NCBI GenBank assembly: GCA_951406725.2
Contig: OX597838.1
Coordinates: forward strand, 26,102,001 to 26,166,000
Source of the DNA: Octopus vulgaris
Taxonomy: Eukaryota
Length of the DNA: 64,000 nucleotides
Reading direction: 5' to 3'
In this document: piece after piece, positions 39,429 through 51,601 of the stretch
Position numbering within the stretch: the first letter of the stretch is position 1
How the letters are laid out: each line of letters starts with the position of its first letter
The notes under the pieces: model-generated
Told to the model about the DNA's origin: nothing
Databases searched by the model: none
The model's input: only the letters and a program-made list of their open reading frames with translations
Made by a program: the position numbers and the translations under genes

Positions 39429-39935
39429 TTTATTTTTCGTCTGGCTGCCGAGAGAATGTAACGAAAGCTCATATGGGAATTGAAAACAAGATCAGAGTAA
39501 TTCTGATCGTACAAACATATCAGAACAATGTTGGTTGTCTAGTTAATTAAATAGAGGCATCGACATATCGCGTTTGAGATGAAATTTACTAACAGAATTA
39601 CATCCATGTGTCTTTAGTAAACAGATATTAAACGAGGATCTAATTTCAAAACTTGTGACTAAATACGATTTCTTTCAAACATATGGTTGTAATTCCATTT
39701 AAAAATTAAATCGCAGATATATTGTTTCGGTATACCATTTAGTATATCAGTATATATATATATATAGTATATATATATATATATATATGCATATTTGTGT
39801 GTGTTTGCGCGTGCGTCTGTGTGTGTGTCAGTCGGTCCAGGAATTGAAACCACGATGTCAGGATCTTGAATGTAGCACCCTCACTATACATGCATGCATA
39901 CGCATACGCACATATGTATATATGCATACATACAT

Positions 39936-39991
<56 letters not shown>

Positions 39992-39993
<2 letters not shown>

Positions 39994-40120
39994 CATATAA
40001 AATCCGTTCTGTCTGTCTGTCTGTGTCTTCTAGGATCTCGGGCATCCTCCATCCGATTGCGCTCAAATTTGATATGTAGATACCGACAGTATCAGGGCGT
40101 GTATAAGTCTTGAAAAAATT
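39992..40120 (+). mobile_element. Helitron/DINE-1-like non-autonomous 5' fragment
   Basis: tcatataaaa, (GTCT)n, ccgattgcgctcaaatttgatatg motif. Confidence 0.55.
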
Positions 40121-40215
40121 CACGTGATGACGTGATATATGAATATAATAATTATCTATTCAGTTAAAATGTGCGTGCGTGTGTGTATGTGTATATGTGG
40201 TGTGCGTGTGCGTGC

Positions 40216-40248
<33 letters not shown>

Positions 40249-40538
40249 AAATTAGAAAAAGACTAGTTAGGAAAGTGGAAGAGAAGTAAATTGAAGCGCG
40301 TTAAGGAAGGAGAGCGACAGAGAGAGGAGAGACCGACAGATATGCATAGAGGCAATGGAGGAAGGAAACAATCAGAAGCATATAAATTGAAGAGACAGAA
40401 AGTTTATGAAAGCTTGATAACTAAAAACAATACTGATAGATAGCTTACTAGTTAAGCAGCCAGAGATAGTTACATGGACATTTAATAAATTAATTGACAG
40501 AGCATAGAATGAATTGGCTATAAAAATAAGGCATTTTT

Positions 40539-40635
40539 ACAATTTATCGCTCATATATATATACAGACGACAATTTATCGCTCATATATACAGACGACAA
40601 TTTATCGCTCATATATACAGACGACAATTTATCGC
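40539..40635. repeat. 27-bp tandem repeat, ~3.5 copies
   Basis: acaatttatcgctcatatatacagacg. Confidence 0.95.
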
Positions 40636-41814
40636 TCATATATACAGACGACATTTGTACAGTCTTTCATGCGAACTGGCAAATATATTCACAAAATTAA
40701 CTTTTCGTGATATTTAAATGTTCACTCATGAAAATGAATGAATACGATAGAAGAGGGAAATTACTTGTCGCTTCAGTGAATTTTTTTAAAAGGCCTCATT
40801 ATATTTGTGTTATTGTTTGTAGAGCCGTTTTAATTTACAATCTCTTAGGCACTCGGTAGTTTTCGTAATAGATGGCCGACTAAATAACAGACGAATATAC
40901 AAATATTCGTACGTATTATACGCATATTCAAGCATACGTACAAGCTCATGTGCACATACTTGAAAATATACGTGCATACATGCATCTATGCATACACACA
41001 TGTGTACATGAAGTATAGCCTCTTTTAGACTCGTGCCCTCTCCATCACATTACTTCTCGAAGGTTATGCTTTTGGAAACCGTGAACGGGAGATATCATCG
41101 AAATATCTTCTCAACAAAAGAGACAATGACGCCTTTGAACCGCTAAGATGCGACTGAAAATGTCAAGTATGTCATAATTTCGGAGTAAGAGTTGACACAA
41201 GCAGTCAACAGCCTCTGAAAATGCCATCAAGGTAGTACCTCCAATTGCAAAATGATGTTGTTGCTTAAATGATAAGCAAGATTAACCCTTAAAAAAAGAC
41301 ATAAATATTGGCAATGTCCCTGTTATTGAACACCTACGAGAAATATTGGTGGAACATCCTCAATAAAACATTCGCCGATTCCAAACAGATGGAGTTGTTT
41401 AAGACAGCACTGAAATATCCTGTACCGTCACGGAATTCCACTGAAGCCATTGGTAAACAACACTAAATTTAATGACGACAAAAATTTATCGCAAATTTTA
41501 AAAGATATTATTGTCTAATTAAAATTAAATATAAATAAATAGAGGAAACCATAAAGATTAAATGTGTCTCCGTCTCAATAGTGACCATGATTACACTGTG
41601 CAGTGGAGTTAAACACCATTAACAGTTATATGAAGCATGTATAGAATCTAAGCTTAAACATTTTGATTTTTACATGAAGCTAGAAACATTAATCACCAAG
41701 AAGGACACTTTAATGAACAAGCTAAACGGCTTCTCGAATTGTAATGAATCTCCAATACAGGCTGACAATCTTGCTGCAAACGCAACACTGAATAACGATA
41801 GACGGTACAATAGC

Positions 41815-42036
41815 AGCGGCAAGTTGGCAGAAACGTTAGCATACCGGGCGAAATGCGTAGCTGTATTTCGTCTGCCGTTACGTTCTGAGTTCAAATTCCG
41901 CCGATGTCATCTTTGCCTTTCATCCTTTCGGGGTCGATTAAATAAGTACCAGTTACGCATTGGGGTCGATATAATCCGTTTGTCTGTCCTTGTTTGTCTC
42001 CTTTGTGTGTAGCCCCTTGTGGGCAGTAAAGAAATA
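41815..42036 (+). mobile_element. SINE family B monomer with 14-bp TSD
   Basis: ggtacaatagcagc at 41804-41817 and 42037-42050. Confidence 0.93.
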
Positions 42037-42284
42037 GGTACAATAGCAGCAACTTCAGAACCAGCCAGTGATATAGGCCCAGACAATTATAGGCCTTTTT
42101 TCTTGCATATATTGTTGATGTCATAAGAATTTAGAAACTTCCAAAACGCAAGAAAATTCACACACACATACACACATACTCATACGCATATATGTAACGT
42201 TGTCAGTGTACACACGTACGACTATCCAGAACAACATGCCAAAGAGATCTCAGTATATCTAGTGGGATATCTTTCTACACCAAC

Positions 42285-42381
42285 CACCTGAAGTGACACA
42301 GCCTGCACTGATTGTTCCAACGCAATTAGATAGACAATATCCTATGGAACAGAGGCAGAATGTGTCGAAACGATCGTAGTG
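42285..42381 (+). ncRNA. Type-I hammerhead ribozyme motif with long stem II
   Basis: cac CTGAAG T gacaca..ctgc..tgttcca//tggaaca..gcag..tgtgtc GAAA CGATCG TA gtg, then AATAAA at 42385. Confidence 0.8.
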
Positions 42382-43347
42382 CTGAATAAAGGTTCGTACT
42401 AAATCCATCTTCTGTTTCCTTTATCCCTTATAAACTCAATAGGATTACCTGACGTAGATCCAGTGAAAATTATAGTGTAACTGTGGATGACATCAGGTAG
42501 CCCAAACGGTGAATGTGCTTTTATCGACATACTAATAGATATATACCCAAAGTCCAAATAGTTACACACATACATGTGTATGTATGTATGTATGTATGTA
42601 TGTATGAATGTTTGTATGTTTGTATGTACACAAATACACGATGGGCTTCCACCCGATTTCTGCTTACGAAATTTACTCACAAGGCATAGGTGGGTCAGAG
42701 TTTATAGTAAGATACACTTGCGCAAAACGTCATGCAGTGGGGTTGAACCCGAAATCTCCTGATTGCAAAGCGAGCTTTTTAACTGTACGCACACGTACAC
42801 ATACACACACACGCGCGCGCGCGCACACACACATACACACACACACACACACAAGCACGCACGCATACATACATACATACATACATACATACATACATAC
42901 ATACATACATACATACATACACACGTACAGGCATGCCTATATGCCTAGTTAGTTAATTTTTCTCGTTCACTGCAATTGGCAAATCGATCAAGAAATGGCC
43001 TTATTTTCCAGATGATCTTTGACAATCATGTTTCAGAAAATGTTTTTGATCTGCCTACTTGTATGAATCGATATGTTCTAAAATATTGTCACTTTCGCAT
43101 TCTCACTCTCTATTGTTTTTTTTTTCTTCTTTTTTCGTTTCCTTTTTTTTTTTTTTTACCAATTCTTCTCCTTTGTATTTTCGATATTAATTCTGGCATA
43201 GTTTCCGGTGTATAAAACCTGTCATGTCTGATTTATGAGATCTGATTTTGGTTAATGGGCAACTGCAAACAATACGAGAGATTGGTTCTTTTTAACCTCC
43301 ACATATTCTACAGTTGCTTCTTATGATCTGCTTCATTATGTTCCTAA

Positions 43348-43905
43348 CAAGGCAGCGAGCTTGCAGAATCGTTAGAGCATCGGACAAAATGTTTCGCGAC
43401 ATTCCTTCCAGCTCACAACGTTCCGTGTTCATATACTGCCAAAATTAACTTTACCTTTTATTCTTTCGGGGTTGATAAAATAAGGTACCAGTTTAGCACA
43501 AAAGCCGCTGTAATAGACTAAACTACCCCCGCTAAAATGTCAGGCTTTGTACTATCTCCGCACGATCTTCTTTCAATCTGCAAGTACATGCTTCAAGTAG
43601 TCTTGTTCACTCGGACCATTCTTGCTACATTCACCCCACTTTTGATAAAATTACTCGGAGGCAGGACTTCCCTCTCTACCTTTACCTTCCTTTTCAAGTG
43701 AAACTAAAAATAGCAACAATAATCTTTTCTACTATAAGCACAAGGCCTAAAATTTTGGTGAGTGGGGACAATAGATTACACCAACCCCAGTGCTCACTCA
43801 ACTGGTACTTATTTTAACGATCCGAAAGGATGAAAAGTAAAGTCGACCTCGGCAGAAATTGAACTCAGAACGTAAAGACGGATGAAATAGTGCCAAGCAT
43901 TACTC
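43348..43905. mobile_element. Inverted pair of SINE B monomers (43348-43550 +, 43725-43905 -)
   Basis: Homology. Confidence 0.78.
43555..43710 (-). mobile_element. Tx1/L1-clade ORF2 C-terminal fragment
   Basis: FHLKRKVKVEREVLPPSNFIKSGVNVARMVRVN, homologous to 32630-32745. Confidence 0.75.
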
Positions 43906-43989
43906 CGGATAGTGCTCTAAAAATAAGGGGTGTTACCTTAGTTCACTGGTAGTAAACAGCTGGCACCGTAGTACATCTCCAGCGTTAGA

Positions 43990-44296
43990 GGCCACCATTG
44001 CTTAACCTCCCAAGCTAACCTGTTATATCTATCGACTTTTCTTTCTTCCTTATCGCATACCTTGTTGTCAGCTGGGTATGCTATATCTACGAGTCAGCAT
44101 CGTTTGCTTTCTTTCTCAATTAAGACTATGTCTGGTTTCCTATTCTCCATCACATGGTCGCACTGAATCATAAAATCCCATAGGATCTTTGCATTATCAT
44201 TTTCGACGGTGCCTTCGGGTTTATGTTCGTACCACTTTGTTGCTCTGTCAAGACCATACTTGTTGCAAAGTGTCCAATGGACAATCCTTGCCAAAT
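43990..44296 (-). mobile_element. Dong/R4-type non-LTR retrotransposon, restriction-like endonuclease fragment
   Basis: ARIVHWTLCNKYG..KWYEHKP..ENDNAKILWDFMIQCD..RKPDIVLIEK..C*LVDIAYPAD..KEERKVDRY: PD..D-type RLE motif. Confidence 0.9.
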
Positions 44297-44302
44297 TTAC
44301 TG

Positions 44303-44357
<55 letters not shown>

Positions 44358-44359
44358 GT

Positions 44360-44694
44360 GAAGGCGCATGGCTCAGTGGTTAGAGCGTCGAGCTTACGAT
44401 CGTGAGGTTGTGAGCTCGAATCCCGGACCGGGCTGCGTGTTGTGTTCTTGAGCAAGGCACTTTATTTCACGTTACTCCAGTTCACTCAGCTGTAGAAATG
44501 AGTTGCGACGTCACTGGTGCCAAGTTGTATCGACCTTTGTCTTTCCCTTGGATAACATTGGTGGCGTGGAGAGGGGAAGCTGGTATGCATGGGCGACTGC
44601 TGGTCTTCCATAAACAACCTTGCCCGGATTTGTGTCTAGGAGGGTAACTTTCTAGGTGCAATCCCATGGTCATTCATGACCGAAGGGGGGCTTT
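44360..44694 (+). mobile_element. SINE family C, full length, in (TTA)n
   Basis: Complete head, CORE-like domain and tail. Confidence 0.93.
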
Positions 44695-44701
44695 TTTTAA
44701 C

Positions 44702-44759
<58 letters not shown>

Positions 44760-44775
44760 GTTATTATTATTATTA

Positions 44776-45027
44776 ATGGTTTCCATTCGTTATAACTTTA
44801 TTTCAGCTGCCTTAGTATTGGGCATCCTCCGGAGGCCATGAGTAGCAAATATATTTTTGTTTTGGTATGCATGATAAAAATTATCACCACATTTATTCCA
44901 TTTTAGATGGAGAGTGCTTTCCGTAGTATATGGGCTGTAGCCACGTAGGTTATCTTTTGTAATTCACGGAGATTGGAGTCACCAGGGAGTTGCTTAATAT
45001 ACTTCTCAACTCCCTTCTTTATCATTC
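44776..45027 (-). mobile_element. Dong/R4-type 3' end with (TAA)n tail
   Basis: MIKKGVEKYIKQLPGDSNLRELQKITYVATAHILRKALSI*, 3' UTR, then (TAA)n 44706-44775. Confidence 0.85.
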
Positions 45028-45049
45028 TTTATCATACCAATTACTACTG

Positions 45050-45111
<62 letters not shown>

Positions 45112-45338
45112 GAGTGAAAGAGCAGTGCATGCCATCAAAGTGACACTGGGGTAAAATATACGAAGCCCAGTGTACCCATCGTGACTACACGTCTGATAAG
45201 GGTACACCAGGTACATGCATCACAACCATATGTTTGCGACATGGTCATCTCGTATTAAGATAAACAGCGCATGACCTTGCAGGTGGGGCCCAGTTAGAAT
45301 TTTCTTCTGGTCGAGTAGCCCATCCCACTCAAAAGGTC

Positions 45339-45340
<2 letters not shown>
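45112..45340. mobile_element. Unclassified ~230-bp insert flanked by (TTA)n
   Basis: Complex sequence with sharp (TTA)n borders inside the Dong cluster. Confidence 0.5.
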
Positions 45341-45370
<30 letters not shown>

Positions 45371-45372
<2 letters not shown>

Positions 45373-45641
45373 TAGTTTTATTTTTATAGCGTGCTTTCAC
45401 TTCACTACCGAGCGCAGCTCTGTGTGCCTTGGGTATGTGCTGTGATTTGTTGTGATGCTCTGATGGTTATTGTATGGAAAGTGTTCTGCGTAGGATGGGT
45501 GCAGTGCCTAGTAGTGCAATTTTCTGTATGTTATATGTGTTTGTAAGTCCTGGTGTTTTTGTTATGTATTTGTCTGAATATTTTTTTATCATGCCTAATG
45601 CACCTACTATGATAGGAATTGTTTCTGTTTTTAGTTTCCAT
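45371..45641 (-). mobile_element. Dong/R4-type 3' end (second subfamily) with (TAA)n tail
   Basis: WKLKTETIPIIVGALGMIKK..PG..IQKIALLGTAPILRRTLSIQ*, UTR ending aataaaactactg(aat)n. Confidence 0.9.
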
Positions 45642-46216
45642 ATTATTAATATTATTATTATGTTTTTTCCTTCTTTCTTCAAATTTTCTTCCGTTTCTCG
45701 CCGAGTGTTTTCCATTATTATTATTATTATTGTCTAAGTGTTTGATATAACTCTTCTATTGTAATATGACTCTTCCACTATGAGATATAAATCGTTTCAG
45801 ATTTCGTCAACACTCAACGATTTCAGATGAAGTGATTTACCTGCGAAACAGGTACATCTCTGAAAAACTAGACACCAAATAAGTATGACACGAATTAGAA
45901 ATAATAAATTGAACAAATACACGATAACACAAATGTGTTGTTCTAAGACGCTGTGTTTATTATTTTTTAAGCATGTTTTTCCTCTTTCTCTCACCCTCCT
46001 CTCTCTCTCTCTCTTGTATTCACTCTCTTCTTCCTCGCTCTCTGTCAGAAATGGACGCCGGCACACCAAGTCCTTTCGTCTTCTAACAACAACAGATGGA
46101 GAGTATTATAGACTTGTTATGTAAAATCTGATGCCTTTTAAACACATCAGCAGCGATTTCTCATATGGTTGTCTGTCTGTCTATCTATCTATCTATCTAT
46201 CTAGTTATCTATCAAG

Positions 46217-46309
46217 CTATAGTAGAAGACACTTGCCCAAGGTGCCACGCAGTGGGACTGAACCCAGAACCATGTGGTTGGTAAGCAAGCTACTTACCAC
46301 ACAGCCACT

Positions 46310-46310
<1 letters not shown>
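46217..46310 (-). mobile_element. SINE D head fragment
   Basis: Homology. Confidence 0.85.
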
Positions 46311-46357
<47 letters not shown>

Positions 46358-46541
46358 AAGAAGGGTAGTAATATTATTTACTACCAGGTGCCCAGCACAA
46401 AAGACGAATTAGTCATAAGACAAAAATATTATTCATATAGAAAAATATTATTCATGTAGTTATACAATTAAAGGCTCCTAAATAAAGATGCCGAGTGCTG
46501 GGAACACAAAAAGGGGATGAATTTATCGAGAGTGAAAATCA

Positions 46542-46570
46542 AAAGGGTTTCAGAAAGGTAGGCAAATAGA

Positions 46571-46623
<53 letters not shown>

Positions 46624-46862
46624 ATGTGCAACTATGTGGGTGTCTTTTCAGAACATTGTCTGTCTAAAAGGCACATCAGATGCCATGATGGTTCTAAGGT
46701 GTAGGTACAGGAGGTGAGAGTAGACAACCACTATATATATATATATATATAGTGGTTGTCTACTCTCACCTCCTGTACCTACACCTTAGAACCATCATGG
46801 CATCTGATGTGCCTTTTTAGACCAGACAATGTTCTGAAAAGACACCCACATAGATTGCACAT

Positions 46863-46905
<43 letters not shown>

Positions 46906-46934
46906 TCTATTTGCCTACCTTTCTGAAACCCTTT
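46542..46934. repeat. Near-perfect ~390-bp palindrome centred on (TA)10
   Basis: Arms are mirror images, including (GT)n/(AC)n; they differ only by 1-bp indels and microsatellite length. Confidence 0.97.
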
Positions 46935-47078
46935 CCAGTCTACACGCTGTGTTCCTTGTACAATATATAAACTATATACTACACGCGCATCCTTTGCTAT
47001 ATAACTTCAACTGAAGAAAAACAGGTTGATGACAGGCAGACATGTTGCATTTCCCATTTAATTTTGTCTTAAGAGCTT

Positions 47079-47101
47079 TCCTCCTCCTCCTCCTCCTCCT
47101 C

Positions 47102-47163
<62 letters not shown>

Positions 47164-48032
47164 TTTTCTTCTGCTTCTTCTTTTTCTTCTTCTGCTTCTT
47201 CTTCTTCTTCTTCTTCTTCTTCTTCTTCTTTTTCTTCTTCTCCTTCTGCTTCTTCTTCTTCTTCTTCTTCTCCTTCTGCTTCTTCTTCTTCTTCTTCTTC
47301 TTCTTCTTCTTCTTCTTCTCCTTCTTCTTCTTCTTCTTCTTCTTCTCCTTCTTCTTCTTCTTCTTCTTCTCCTTCTTCTTCTTCTTCTTCTTCTCCTTCT
47401 TCTTCTTCTTCTTCTTCTTCTTCTTCTTCTTCTTCTTCTTCTTCTTCTCCTTCTCCTTCTTCTTCTTCTTTTTCTTCTTCTTCTTCTTCTTCTTCTTCTT
47501 CTGCTTCTTCTCCTTCTTCTTCTTCTTCTTCTCCTTCTTCTCCTTCTTCTTCTTCTTCTTCTTCTTCTTCTTCTTCTTCTTCTTCTTCTTCTTCTTCTTC
47601 TTCTTCTTCTTCTTCTTCTTCTTCTTCTTCTTCTTCTTCTTCTTCTTCATCTCTTTATTCATTTTATTTATACATATATATATATATATTTTTTATTCTT
47701 TCTTGGATATTTTTTTCTTCCTGTTATCGTTTACGTTTTCTTTTTGCTTTTGTTTTGCTTTGTTTTAATATTTTTGTTTTTCATTCCAGTGATTCGTTTT
47801 TTTCCCCTGTGGCTTTTTTTCATGGATGTTTTTTTTTCTTCCATGGTTTCTGCTCATACACTTGTTGAAATTAGCGTTGTCAGTAGTAGTAGTAGTAGTA
47901 GCAGCAGTAGTAGTAATAGCAGTAGTAGTAGTAATAGTAGTAGTAGTAGTAGCAGCAGTAGTAGTTGTAGTAGTGGCGATGGTGTTTATGGTTGCGGTGA
48001 TGGTGGAGGTGGTCATCGTCATCATCGTCGTT

Positions 48033-48063
<31 letters not shown>

Positions 48064-48209
48064 CAACAGTAATAGTAGTAGTGGCGGTGGTGGTTATGGT
48101 TGTGGTGGAGGTGGTCATCGTCGTCGTTGTAGTAGTAGTGGTAGAGGTAATAGTGGTGGTGGTGGTAGTAGTATTGTAATAATAGTGGTCATCTTGGTCG
48201 TCGTCGCTA

Positions 48210-48287
<78 letters not shown>

Positions 48288-48295
48288 TTGTTGCT
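47079..48295. repeat. (CCT)(CTA)(CTT)n and (TAG)/(GGT)n tracts
   Basis: Direct; explains ORF 47042..48307. Confidence 0.97.
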
Positions 48296-48962
48296 TCCAT
48301 TGTTTGATTTCTTTCTGCCTTACCTTCATTTCTTTTTCCCTCTTCTTTTTCCATCATGTCGTTTTGTTATATCTTTCATCTTTCACACCCCAAGTGTGCT
48401 GCTGAGGAATTGTCCAAGCTTCTTCCATTGTCTTTCATCCGTCATCTGACGTCAGCATATCTTACGAGCATATGTCCGAGTGTGCGTGTGCGCGTGCGTG
48501 TGTATGTGTCTGTTTGTGTGTTTCATCGTTTGTGTGTATATATATGTCTTTGTCTGCGTGCGTCTTCGTCTTTCGCTCTCCTAAGGTTTCATTGCCTAAG
48601 TGGTATTGTCTTCTTTTATAGTTTGCTCCAAAACAAATGACATTCCATGTCAGACATGTTAGAAAGAAAACCATTATCTGTGACTAGTGTTCTTATTGGC
48701 ATCGGCGAGCGGCGCCGTACAGAACAATCATTATCTTCATCATTGCCACAAGGGCAGTAATGAGAGTAACATTACAGAGTTAAGTAAAAGGAAAACATCC
48801 AAGTGCAGAAGTATGGCAAGGTTTCATAAAGGAATGTAATTCGAAAGCGAGTGACGTCATTCTGTTGTTAGTTTACAGCCGTTTCGTTCACTTCTTGACC
48901 GGTCGTAAATCACTGATGAGTGTTTTGCAACTTGTGGTTGAACAACAATAGGAGCAATGACA

Positions 48963-49024
<62 letters not shown>

Positions 49025-49109
49025 CTCTACTACTACTACAGCGACGACGACGATGATTACGACCACGACCAAGATGACCACTATTATTACAACTACTACT
49101 ACCTCCCCC

Positions 49110-49141
<32 letters not shown>

Positions 49142-49242
49142 GCTACCACCACCACTACTACAACGACGACGACGATGACTACCTCCACTACAACCATAGT
49201 CCAGGGTTTGGGCTGTTTTTTTGTTTTTCTTTTTAAAGGAGG

Positions 49243-49495
49243 TAAAGACTCCCTTCGGTCATGAATGACCGTGGGATTGCACCTAGAAAGTTAACCTCCG
49301 AGGCACAGGCCCGGACAAGGTTGTCTATGGAAGACCAGCAATCGCTCATGCATACCAGGGTTTCCTCCCCACACCACTGATGTTATCCAAAAGAAAGGCA
49401 AAGGCCGATACAGCTTGGCATCAGTGACGTCTCAACTCATTTCTACAGTTGAGTGAACTGGATCAACGTGAAATAAAGTGTCTCGCTCAAGAACA
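49243..49495 (-). mobile_element. SINE family C 3' part
   Basis: Homology. Confidence 0.85.
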
Positions 49496-49531
49496 AGTTC
49501 TCTTCCTCCATCATATCGACATTATCTCAAC

Positions 49532-49945
49532 AGGCGCAGGAGTGGCTGTGTGGTAAGTAGCTTGTTTACCAACCACATGGTTCCGGGTTCAGTCCCACTG
49601 CGTGGCACCTTGGGCAAGTGTCTTCTACTATAGCCTCGGGCCGACCAAAGCCTTGTGAGTGGATTTGGTAGATGGAAACTGAGAGAAGCTCGTCGTATAT
49701 ATGTATACATATGTATGTGCGTGTATGTTTGTGTGTCTGTGTTTGTCCCCCTAGCATTGTTTGACAACCGATGGTGGCGTGTTTATGTCCCCGTCACCTA
49801 GCGGTTCGGCAAAAGATACCGATAGAATAAGTACTGGGCTTACAAAGAATAAGTGCCGGGATCGAGTTGCTCGATTAAAGGCCGTGCACCAGCATGGCCG
49901 CAGTCAAAATGACTGAAACTAGTAAAAAGAGAAAAAGAGAAAGAG
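49532..49945 (+). mobile_element. SINE family D, full length
   Basis: Homology. Confidence 0.93.
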
Positions 49946-50171
49946 GGTCACAAGTGTGCCATACGTAAGGTGTTGTCAATGTGATTGCACAGCAACAGGA
50001 AATGGAGTTTTTTCTCAAGGGGACAACATGAAACACAACAACTGAAACCACCATCTTGCAACCGTGAGCGCAGCACCCTAACCACTGGACGCGACCCAGT
50101 ATTCACCACACGGACACACGCGCATGCACCTGCACATACATATACACACACAGCCCATTTATGTCCTTTTT

Positions 50172-50380
50172 TGGTTACAACGACGAGGCTTTCATTTGAC
50201 CCGGTCGATGGAACAGCCTGCTTGTGAAACTAATCTGCAAGTGGCTGAGTACTCCACGGACATGTAGTTCACAGGGAGATTCAATGTGACACAGAATGTA
50301 ACAAAGCTGGTGCCTTTGAATTATAGGTACCACTCATTTTTGCCAGCTGAGTGAACTGGGGCAACGTGTGTGAAATAAAG
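50172..50380 (-). mobile_element. Chimeric SINE: family C CORE-like domain joined to family A tail
   Basis: Minus strand ctttatttca..cgttgccccagttcactcagctggcaaaatgag (C) runs into gtacct..gtgtcaca..ctcagccacttg..gcaggctgttcc (A). Confidence 0.8.
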
Positions 50381-50672
50381 TTCTATGTTTAAGAGATGAG
50401 GAATTATGTACACTATTTACATTTGACGGACATTTGTCCTCATCTTTTTTGTTGTTAACACAACGTTTCGACAGATGCCCATGGGCAAAGGGCATAGTGG
50501 TTAAGAGCACGGACTACTAACCCCAACATTCCGAGTTCAACTCCAGGCAGTGACCTGAAAAATAATAACAGTAATAATAATAATGATAATAATAATAATA
50601 ATAATAATAACAACAACATCGAAAAATACCTTAGGAATAAGAACCCAGGTTCGAAATTTCCGCAAGTCACCA
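50379..50672 (+). mobile_element. tRNA-headed element with PLE/HHR-type tail and inverted 3' piece upstream
   Basis: Inverted block 50379-50476 (minus: ctgtc GAAA CG TT gtgtt..), A box 50490-50500, B box 50533-50544, (AAT)n, linker ending gtcac-C. Homologous to the HHR context at 58138-58230. Confidence 0.65.
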
Positions 50673-51023
50673 TCATCATCAGCAGCAGCAGTAGCAGCAC
50701 CATCGTCTTCATAATCTTTATCATCATCGTCATCATCATTGTTATCATTTTCATGAACATCATCGTTGTCATCATCATCAGCTTCATTATAATTATTCTC
50801 CACCTCCTCACTATCATCATGTTCGTCATCATTATTCTCATGGTCACTCTCGCTAGCGTCATTGTCACCACCACCACCACCGCAATCATCATCACTGTCA
50901 TTATCACCTTTCTTCTTCTTCTTCATCTTCTTCTTCTTCTTCATCTTCTTCTTCCTCTTCGTCTTCTTCCTCTTCGTCTTCTTCTTCTTCTTCTTCTTCT
51001 CTCCTTCTTCTTCTTCCTCTTCT

Positions 51024-51083
<60 letters not shown>

Positions 51084-51560
51084 TCTTCGTCTTCTTCTTC
51101 CTCTTCTTCTTCTACTTCCTCTTCTTCTTCTTCCACTTCTTCCTCTTCTTCTTCCTCTTCTTCTTCTTCCACTTCTTCTTCCTCTTCTTCTTCCACTTCT
51201 TCTTCCTCTTCTTCTTCCACTTCTTCTTCCTCTTCTTCTTCCCCTTCTTCTTCTTCTTCTTCTTCTTCTTCCACTTCTTCCTCTTCGTCTTCTTCTTTTT
51301 CTTCTTCTTCCTCTCCCTCTTCTTCTTTTTCTTCTTCTTCTTCTTCTTCTTCCACTTCTTCCCCTTCCCCTTCTTCTTCTTGCTTGTGCAGTTGTGGTAG
51401 TGTTGGTATTGGTGGTGTTGGTGGTGCTCTTGTTGTTGTTGTTCTTGGTGGTGGTGGTGGCAGTTGTTTTTCCGATGGTGCTGGTGATATTACGTCAAAA
51501 CCAGCCGAGACCGGCTCTTCCAGCTCTCTAGTACAACAGATGGTCTTTCTGCGTATCATT

Positions 51561-51601
<41 letters not shown>

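Larger units (their letters stand above)
41290..42510 (+). mobile_element. Very old Penelope-like relic with 3' pLTR, interrupted by SINE B
   Basis: KYWQCPCY*TPTRNIG (cf. IIWFNPPYS..TNIG), KHSP, EISCT, DYTVQWS, KKDTLMNK appear in the expected order; downstream HHR, AATAAA and terminal hairpin. Confidence 0.55.

Noticed and set aside
47042-48307. 421-aa poly-L/S/V ORF
   Set aside because: Pure (CTT)n/(TAG)n microsatellite.
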